Assembly: GCF_006345805.1 (NCBI RefSeq)
Contig: NC_043006.1
Location: 52,762,001 to 52,826,000 of the forward strand
DNA length: 64,000 nucleotides
DNA from: Octopus sinensis
Lineage: Eukaryota
Direction of reading: 5' to 3'
Below are positions 54,728-64,000 of the stretch, piece after piece (position 1 is the stretch's first letter; each line of letters opens with the position of its first letter). Made by a program: the position numbers and the translations under genes. The notes under the pieces were generated by a model, which ran no database searches, was not told the DNA's origin, and saw only the letters and a list, made by a program, of their open reading frames with translations.

Positions 54728-55490
54728 TAATTTCAAATTTTGACAAAAGGCCAGCAATTTTGTTAGTCGAATACATGGACACCAGTGTTTGACTAGTACT
54801 CATTTTATCGGCCCTGAAAGGATGAAAGATAAAGTCGACCTTGACCGAATGTGATGTCAGAACATTGAAGTCCAGAAGAAATGCAGATAAGCGTCTTGTC
54901 ACATGCGGTAATGATTCTTCCAGCGCAACGACATTAATAATCCTTTCTAATATAGGCACAAGGCCTGAAATTTTGGTGAGGAGGATAGTCAATAACATTG
55001 AACCCAGTACTAAACTGGTACTTATTTTATCAACCTCATAAAAGATGAAAGGCAAAGCCGAACTCGGCGGAATTTGAACTCAGAACGAAGCAACGAACTA
55101 AATACCTATTTCTTTACAAGGGGCTAAACACAGAAAGGACAAACAAGGACAGACAAACGGATTAAGTCGACTATATCGACCCCAGTGCGTAAATGGTACT
55201 TATTTAATCGACCCCGAAAGGATGAAAGGCAAAGTCGGCCTCGGCGGAATTTGAATTCAGAACCTAGCGGCAGACGAAATACTGCTAAGCATTTCGCCCG
55301 GCGTGCTAACGTTTCTGCCAGCTCACCGACAATAATAATCCTTTCTACTAAAAGCACGAAGCCTGACATTTTGGAGGAGCGGGGCTTGTCAATATTTTCG
55401 ACCTCGGAACTGAACTGCTTTTATTTTACTGAATCCGAAAGGATGGAAGGCAAAATCGACCTCAGCATCATTTGAAATCAGAACGCAATC
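54728..55490 (-). mobile_element. Tandem cluster of four SINE family A copies
   Basis: GATG(A/G)AAG..AAA.(T/C)CGAC repeated at ~54820, 55043, 55220 and 55441, separated by short AAT runs. Confidence 0.85.
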
Positions 55491-56125
55491 AGAAATTCTA
55501 CTATTCATGCCACCTTAGAGGACCGAATACAATAAATTCTAGGCCAAACTTTTCGATTATTTTATGACGTTATATCAACGAAAAGTTTAACCGGACTTCA
55601 ATATATTTACTATATTGAAAAGAAATGTTGTAAAGTAATGTAGAATGATACTAGGTTCCAGAAGATTTTTGTGTGACACACATGTTCAGTTCCCAGTGGC
55701 AGGCTATTTAACTACACTTCTCTGCAATAATTTATGCAAGAATGACTCATCCATGCTTAAATATTTAGAGGTAATCAAGCAATCTATTAAGGGATTCCTG
55801 CACTAAGACTTATACTAATGCACTGAACCTACTGTGCTGCACTTCCACAATGACCCACCCACTGCCAGATCTCTCTCTCGTCTCTCCTTCTCTCTCTCTC
55901 TCTATATATATATATCTATCTATCTATCTTCCCCTCTCTCTCTCACCCTCTGTCTCTCTCACACACACATATATACACATGCGCACATACGCTCTTACAT
56001 GGAAACACACACTCACTTACGTAGACACAATCACACAGGTATACACAGGCACACACATACACGCACTCACACACACATGTACACCAGCTTCGTATTTGTG
56101 TTGCATCTGTTCTAGTCACACTCAC

Positions 56126-56208
56126 CTTAGACTTTGTTTTTTTTATCCAGCGTATAGCCACCATCGTCGAAGATGTAAAAGGCAGCTTGATGCAGCTGAT
56201 CATCATCT
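56126..56208 (-). CDS. Candidate alternative first coding exon (MMISCIKLPFTSSTMVAIRWIKKTKSK)
   Basis: TTTAGTTTTAG acceptor, open frame to phase-0 donor AAG|GTGAGT, Kozak ACGATGG. Confidence 0.35.
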
Positions 56209-56470
56209 CTAAAACTAAACACACTTTATACTCCAAGTTGACTCCATTCCAGCAACCAAACCAAGATAGGAAATATCATGTTTCATTGTCTGTGGCTCCG
56301 ATGTTCTTCATTTCTACCCACCCCACACACATTTGGATAGGTATATATAGACGTCCATACAGAGACACGTGGATAATATATATGTTTGTGTGTGTGTGCG
56401 CGCGTGCGTGTGTGTCTCGACATATATGTATGTATATATGTATGCGCATGTGTATATATATATATACATA

Positions 56471-56501
<31 letters not shown>

Positions 56502-56869
56502 ATATATGTATATATATATAGAAATTAAATATAAAATATAAATTAGAAAGTGGGACAAGAACGCAAAAACACACAAAGAGACGACACACAAAAAAAAACA
56601 GACGGGTCACTCGAAGCCTCTAATCTTCAGTCGGAACCGGATCATCTTGGCAATTTCGGCTGTTTAATCTCGATATCACTCCGAACCGGCCAGCCCCAAG
56701 GAAGAACTAAGCCACAGGCATTAGATTTCTTGGAAAGAGGATCGAATGTATACGAAACAAAAACATGATGCCACACGAATATAAATACAAGAAACAAAAA
56801 ATAGAAATAAAAAACAAGAATGGTAAGCAGGACAAAAACAGCGGGCGTCTTACGACTTTAGACAATTTA

Positions 56870-57329
56870 TTTACTCTCTTTTCCCTTTTACTTGTTTCAG
56901 TCATTTGACTGTGACCATGCTGGAGCACCGCCTTGAGTCGAGCAAATCGACCCCTGGACTTATTCTTTGTAAGCCTAGTACTTATTATATCGGTATCTTT
57001 TGCCGAACCGCTAAGTGACGGGGACGTAAACACACCACCATCGGTTGTCAAGCGATGTTGGGGGGATAAACACAGACACACAAACATATACACATACATA
57101 CATATATATACACATATATACGACGAGCTTCTTTCAGTTTCTGTCCACTCACAAGCCTTTGGCCGGCCCGAAGCTATAGTAGAAGACACTTGCCCAAGGT
57201 GCCACGCAGTGGGACTGAACCTGGAACCATGTGGCTGGTAGGCAAGCTACTTACCACACAGCCACTCCTGCCTTGTGAGTGGATTTGGTAGACGGAAACT
57301 GAAAGAAGCCCGTCGTATATATTTATATG

Positions 57330-57404
<75 letters not shown>

Positions 57405-57632
57405 ATGTGTGTGTGTGTGTGTGTCTGTATTTGTGTCCCCCCCACAAAGATTGCTTAACAACCGATGCTAGTGTGTTTACATCCCCGTAACTTAACGGTT
57501 CGGCAAAAGATGCCGATAGAATAAGTATTAGGCTTACAAAGAATAATTCCTGGGGTCGATTTCCTCGACTAAAAAGACGGTGCTCCAGCATGGCCGCAGT
57601 CAAATGGCTGAAACAAGTAAAATAGTAAAGGA
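56870..57632. mobile_element. Head-to-head inverted pair of SINE family B (- 56870-57270, + 57270-57632)
   Basis: The right copy is the reverse complement of the left copy's 3' part; joined at CTCCTGCCTTGTGAG. Confidence 0.88.
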
Positions 57633-58417
57633 GTAACCATCTTTCGGGGTATCAAAAATCTCTTTTGCAAGAAATAATGCTTTAGCCAGGTGGTCGTTGG
57701 AAATAGCACCGTAAATAGCGGTGGCACTGTCTGCAACAATATTCCAATTCTGACCTTTTGCTCAAAATTACAAAAGTTTGTAATGAGATGGTGTATACTT
57801 CTTGAAGAGATAAAATTTCCAACCTTCTAAAGCTATCCATTCAGAGACTTACTTTGTAGTTTTCAATAGTGGTCCAATCGATTTTATGATTGTGAATATA
57901 ATAATTCTTTACATTCTAGATATATTATGATAGTGAAGTGGCGAGGTGTCTTTCTGAGTGCTGTGATACATACATTAGTTGTAAGAGTCACGTCGTAAAG
58001 CCCTCTATAGCTTTTGGCTCACTGTTCTTCGCAATAAGTTTAGTCCATTAAATTAATGTTTTAGAGAGAAAAATACCATTGACGTGACAGATATACTGAT
58101 TGTTGCAATTATATAGGGACATAAAATATGGAATTAGTATTGTAGTCTTTGTATTTCATTTTTATCAAGTAAATTAGTCGCTCTTGGTTGACTGGATGAA
58201 TGGCTAAAGTTAAATTTGGTTGGAGTTTCTTTTTGTTAGAGCTTTTTAACAGCTAAAATTCTTTGAGATGTTCAGTTAGAATGTCACCAATTAGGATTAC
58301 CCTCATAATGTTGTGTTGGCATAAATTTTCGTAGATATTATTATTAATTTTAATATTATGCATATGTGTTTATGAATATATATATATATAAATGTAGTGA
58401 GATGTTCAGCAGTGAAT

Positions 58418-59702
58418 TATCAGGGCATTAAGAAAGAAATGTCCGATTTTGAACTGAAAATTTATTTTACTTTATCTCAACAAAAAGCAATGCAGTTAAT
58501 CAAAGTATGCTCCTAAATTATCAATACAATTTTGCCATTTTATCGGTAGCTTATTTATGCCGGCAGCGAAGAATTCTAGAGAGCAAGAGGTGATGAAATC
58601 ACGAAAGGCTATTTTTGCATCTTCTTCAGATTTGAAGTTTTTTTTCCTTTCAATAAGCTCTCTAATGCCAGGAAAACGTGATAGTTGGTGCAAGATCTGC
58701 TGAATATGGTGGATGATAGAGTACTTCCAAGTTCAGTTCCTGCAATTTGAGTAGCGTTCTTTGTGCAATACGTGGTCGAATATTGTCTTGCAAGAGAATT
58801 GGCCTGTCTCTATTGACTAATCTCGGTTGTTTAATTGCAAAGTCACTCATCATTTCATCCAGTTGGTTGGTGTACACATCCGCTGTAATTGACTTACCGG
58901 GTCTCATGAAGCTGTAGTGGATGACACCAGCGCTGGACCACCAAACAGAACCATTAGATTTTTATTTTGGTGTATATTCTTTTATAAATTGTGCTCTGGC
59001 AACCACCGTGCAGAACGCTTATCCAACCACCGCGCAGAACCTTGCCATTGTTGAAAAGAATCTATTTTTCATCCAACGTGACAATACGATGCAAAAATGG
59101 TTCGCTTTTATGCCGTGACAGCAAAGAACAGCAAGTTTCAAGACGACGTGTCATTTGATGCTCGTTCAGTTCGTTTTTGTATCCACTTGTTCAGCTTCTT
59201 TAACTTGCAGATTTATTTTAGATGGTCCAATACAGTTGGAATCGAAACATCAAACCTTGCTGCTAACTTAAAGATAGTTTGAGATGTATCCGCTTCCACT
59301 ACAGTTTCCATCTCATCATTATCCACCTTGGTCTCAGGTCTACCACGGGGCTGATCTTCAAGAGCCAAGTCACCAGACCGTAATTTCTCCAGCCATCACC
59401 GTGCAGTACATCTTCACCAAACATCTCATTGATGTTCCGAGCTGTCTGGGATGCATTGAATCCACGACGGAACTCGTATTGATAAACAAGGCGAATTTTT
59501 GATTTATCGATGGGTTCACAAAAATTGATTTACCAGAGTAAACTCACAATATAATCAGTAACCATGAATTATATTTCGAAAAGTGATGATGTAACTCATC
59601 AATGTTGTAAAACAAAGAATTCTTAGGATAAAACATTGGAGTTAACGACTGTCAAACTTGGTACATAAGAAAATCGGACATTTCATTCTTAATGACATGA
59701 TA
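58418..59702 (-). mobile_element. Degenerate mariner (Hsmar1/cecropia-like)
   Basis: TIRs TA-TCAGGGCATTAAGAAAGAAATGTCCGATTTT / AAAATCGGACATTTCATTCTTAATGACATGA-TA; ILLQDNIRP, HPPYSADLAPT, WQNCIDNLGAYFD. Confidence 0.92.
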
Positions 59703-60009
59703 TATTACTATGAGGTACCTAATTATAACCAGAAACCTTCAGATATTTAGTCTTTTATACATGCACAGTGTAGAACATGTGGCGGAGTATGAACCACTGA
59801 CTCTCTTAATACTTGACTAATTCTCCCTTGACTCATCTTCACTTTTAGTTATGAAGATATTATTAACTGTTGAAATATGCGATATAATATAATAAAACTA
59901 TCTTTCTCGGGAACATAGTGTTGGTGGTCTTCTTTCCATATGTGACTGTGTGTGCATGTCTGTGTGTGCGCGCATGTGTGTGTGTGCGCGTGCTTGTGTC
60001 AAGTATATA

Positions 60010-60045
<36 letters not shown>

Positions 60046-60769
60046 TGTATGTATGTATGTATGTATATGTATAACATTGGTTTAATATACGTACACTATC
60101 ATTCATTGTTTTTTCAAAGATGTACGCACAGTTATATCTAAGTAGATACATGTGTGTATACACAGCTGTTCGGCATTTTTATTATCTATATATGATGGAC
60201 TGAGCAGATTCAACAGCTGAGCTAAAGAGATGACACACCCTCGATGTTAAACACGTCAATACTCCACCGTGAAGAGGTCATCATAATGAAATGTTGAACG
60301 TTTATTACATAATTTGTAGTGACATCTGTAAAGTAGGCTATACAATATAAACTACGGTGAGTGGATACTATTAATACAGCTAAGAACTGTTGGAAACTTA
60401 AAAATAAGCTATTGACAAAAGCACTTTCATATACAATATTTACCCAGCAAGTGGTAAAACCATTGCATCTACTGACACCGTTGTAGCATTATAGAATCGT
60501 TTGTAGTTAAGTTAACCACTTTGATGTGATTATATGAACATAGAGTCTACTAGTTGTTAACAGCATGCAAACAGAGCTAAAACTGTATTCAGTGAAACAG
60601 CTTATACAAACCATAAAAATTTTCAATCTCATTGTTCGTATTACAGTGACGTCCTGTTAACAGTTTTAAGCCCCTTCGAAGGGTTAAACTTGGCACTGTA
60701 AGATAAATGATAACTTTTAAACAGGTCAGTGATCCAGACACCTGTGGTCATGTGATTAACCTAGTCAAT

Positions 60770-61159
60770 ATTTACATTTGCAGATAAGCCCATGAGAGTC
60801 CAGAGCTTGTGCTATCGATACAGCGCATCATGGGTTCAAGGATACAAACGGAGCCAATAAGAAGTTTCAAACGGTATGACAGTCCGGAGAGGTGACAGCT
60901 CATGGGCCCCGTTTCCCAGTTTCTGTGGCGTATGTGTTCTTCCGCCAGCTGCACAGGACGCCAGTCCGTCGCAGCGTTACTCAAGAAACAGGAAGAAAGA
61001 GTGAGAGGAAGTTGGGGCGAAAGAGTACAAAAGGGTCGCCACCACCCTGTTGCAGGTGCTTTCGCTCAATAAACACACACAACGCCCGGTCTGGGAATCG
61101 AAACCGCGATCCTCCGACCGCGAGTCCGCTGCCCCAACCACTGGGCCATTGCGTCTCCA
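60770..61159 (-). mobile_element. tRNA-derived SINE sharing the family D head but with a different body
   Basis: Minus strand GGAGACGCAATGGCCCAGTGG...GTTTCGATTCCCAGACCGGGCGTTGTGTGTGTTTATTGAGCGAAA. Confidence 0.85.
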
Positions 61160-61174
61160 CTGTTAATTGCTTAC

Positions 61175-61254
61175 CTGATTTTATTTTAACAGTTACTTAT
61201 CATGGGAAAATGATGGAATAATGATAAGGTTTGGAGAGCCAGTTCATGTATTTT
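61175..61254 (-). other. Candidate 80-nt non-coding exon
   Basis: TTATTATTCTTCCACAG acceptor, CAG|GTAAGC donor; stops in all three frames. Confidence 0.4.
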
Positions 61255-62499
61255 CTGTGGAAGAATAATAATGAAAAATGTAAATGTAACTGTTTACTAA
61301 CAAACATGCATAAATCCATTGTAAATGATCTTGAACAAACTGTAAAATATAGAAAGAAAAGAATGTTAATAGCTATGCGAACACAAATCTAATTTCAAAC
61401 ATATATACGAGGAATAGTTTTTGAAATACGGAAATGAAAACATTTAACATTAAATCTTGTGTAAAAACAACTTGCCACTGTTGTTTTCGATCGAGAAATA
61501 ACTAATTTGATCTAATTAGTTGCAGTAACAGGAGTGTACTTGAAAGGGTTAAGATGCATTGAGCAAAATGCACTAACTTAATCAAAATTATTATGCTCTG
61601 GATTTACGGAAGGAACCAAAATCCATTTTCTTTAATTAAAGAATCAACTCATGAGCATCATAAAACTGATGTGCTTTTAAATGGGGTACTTCTTCCATAT
61701 GCACAAAGAATGCAAACTTCCATTTTAGAAATAATTCCTTCTCTAGCAACAATAACTAGTGAAAGTTTTACAATATTACTGATTTATTTTAGCGACGTGC
61801 AACAATGATATAAAAAATTTCATGGACGGAATAAACATTGTAGGCAACAAAATTCGTTGTTTTCGCCAAACCAAATATTACATTTGTAAAATATATGCTA
61901 ATATATGTCTTTATGCTACCTAAATGCTTGCTTGTTTTAACATTCTATTATCAGGAATTGAAAATTAGTTTAGTTTTAGTGCTCATCATCCAGATGATTA
62001 TAAGAATATTTATTCAGTTTATTTGTTCAGTAACTAATAATAAAAATACATGCCACTAAAACTTTCTCAGTCCATACACGATTCATTAGCTGAAAAATGT
62101 ATATAAACAACCCTGTTGTACTGGGAGGAGCTCAAAATATGCTTTATGCTAATTGTTGCAAAGGAAAATAATTTTATGGCGCGACATCTAATATACTTCA
62201 AGACAAATCCAATAACCGTTATCATAATTTACTTCTCATTCTATCTAATTTTCTGAATCTGTAAATGGAGCTTGGCAAATACCAGGTTGAATCAAAAGTT
62301 TTCTCGGATTTTTACTGATGATTTTTGGCAACTTGTATCACCATGTTATGTTTTTAATTTGATACAGCTTGTTTTCCAATCGTTGCTGAATTGTTTATTA
62401 TTTATTTTCATATATAACATATAAACATTGATTGTTTATTTTTAATTTTACAACATTGATAACAAGTGGTAAAAAAAAAATAAATGTTATTTTACGCAA

Positions 62500-62780
62500 C
62501 TTATGGAAAAAAAGAACTGAGTACAAGGACTGCAGCAAAAGAAAATAATGATTTGGACGGCTCAGGAAGTGTCAACGAACGTGCGTCACAAGACAAATCA
62601 AGTTAAGGCAGACCTTCTGTTGGAGATGATGAGGCCTTACTTTAAATAGCCAAGCACAAGCACTCATACATTATCGGCAGAACTTGATCTTTCAAACAGT
62701 ATCATCAATCGACACCTCTATAAGCTTGGCCTTATGAATAGAAGTTGTTGAGAACTGACAATGACCAGACTCAATGACGC
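62500..62780 (+). pseudogene. Mariner transposase N-terminal remnant
   Basis: TAAKENN..GSGSVNER, GRPSVGDDEAL, LAELDLSNSIINRHLYKLG helix-turn-helix-like pieces. Confidence 0.6.
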
Positions 62781-64000
62781 ATGAACATTTGCAAATAGCT
62801 GCTGGTAAATCCTCGAGATTCCCGTTTTGAGGGTGATAATGTAACTGGGGAGGTAAATTGGATCTATTTTCGTAATTCTTAGTGCACACCAATAATACCA
62901 GCATAGTTATTTTAGCAATGCACTCTAATGAGAGGCACAATTTGTAAAAGGTTACCAACTAACAAAAGTCCAATCCTGTCTTGCTCTGAACGCCTATTTT
63001 GGTAGGATGCGGTAATAAAATGTTGTATGTAATGCTGCAAAGGGAAATTATCAGCGACTTTAAAGTATTCACGAGTATGTTCATCAAGCTTTTAGTGAGT
63101 CATTCCAAGTGTCTTTCCTTGATATGTATAGTCAGTGTCATTTAAAGTACAACAAAGTCGAAGTGTATGGGTCAGAGAAAAGGCTACTAGTCCATGTTTC
63201 AATACTACAATCTGGGGAAAAGTTTTGAGAAAATGATGAGTTCATAGCCAGACAAGGTTTCCATTTTAGAGACTTTCAAAGACTGTTGGTTTACAATATT
63301 GCTTTCGACGAAGTTTTTAACAGTGAGTAGCCACGCTGTAAGATGCGAGAGAGCAAGTCTCCAATAGATTTGGCTCTATGGTTGCTAAGGAGGAAGTGAG
63401 TGATGGGTTCATTTATTGTATATAATTTGGTGTCATTTCTTATGACTTGTATATGGTTGTTTACGGCATGTTGTTACTTGTGCTCCTTTTGATATTGGGC
63501 ACACCGTGACACTAGCAGATTGAGCCCTTTTCTGTTCACAAGTCGTGAATCTATTAGTCATAAAATCAACTGATTGAAATTATTACAAATGAAACATATA
63601 ACCTGAAATACTGAGTGTGCATGTTAACATCTTTGTGTATTATGAGTTGCATCAGGAAAATATATTTTATTTCTGCTGATGATAAATTGTTCAGCTTTTA
63701 CTAGTTGAGAGAAAAAAATACATAAAGAAATTGACTCAAATTCTGCCCATATTATAAAACCCATGTTCAGAACAAGAATAATAAGTTATGAATTCAAGAA
63801 CTACACCAAGATTTCAGCAGCAAGGAATACTCATAATATAAATTTAAATAGAAAATGCCCTGCTGCTATATTAAGAATTTTTTCTTTAAACTTGCTATGT
63901 GATCAAATATCATTTTTGTCGGATTTCTTAAGGATCTTAAAGTGAGAGGAAATGACAGATGTTTTTCAAAGGGGTCTGATATATTTTCGCTTGTGCATGT

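Overview
AT-rich, repeat-dense eukaryotic DNA, most likely an octopus (coleoid cephalopod) genome. This is inferred from several tRNA-derived SINE families and abundant (TA)n/(CA)n/(AAT)n microsatellites. No intact long protein-coding ORF is present, and most ORFs in the track come from microsatellites or repeats. Mobile DNA includes three near-full-length degenerate mariners, a 5'-5' foldback mariner, MITEs (Tc1/mariner, pogo-like, piggyBac, hAT), a decayed hAT transposase, R4/Dong-type LINE pieces in (TAA)n, L1/Tx1 fragments, Helitron/Helentron-like pieces and more than 20 SINE copies. The most notable structure is at about 4.9-6.7 kb: a tandemly duplicated foldback unit (A-spacer-A' x2) with four minimal hammerhead ribozymes, two per strand and about 785 nt apart, resembling a Penelope-derived, retrozyme/viroid-like ambisense unit. 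Other hammerhead-like motifs lie at about 8.0, 33.5 and 48.2 kb. Several well-formed minus-strand exon candidates (61.2, 56.2, 50.8, 49.0 and 38.3 kb) suggest that the window is largely intronic sequence of a minus-strand gene with alternative 5' exons. That gene cannot be identified from the sequence alone.
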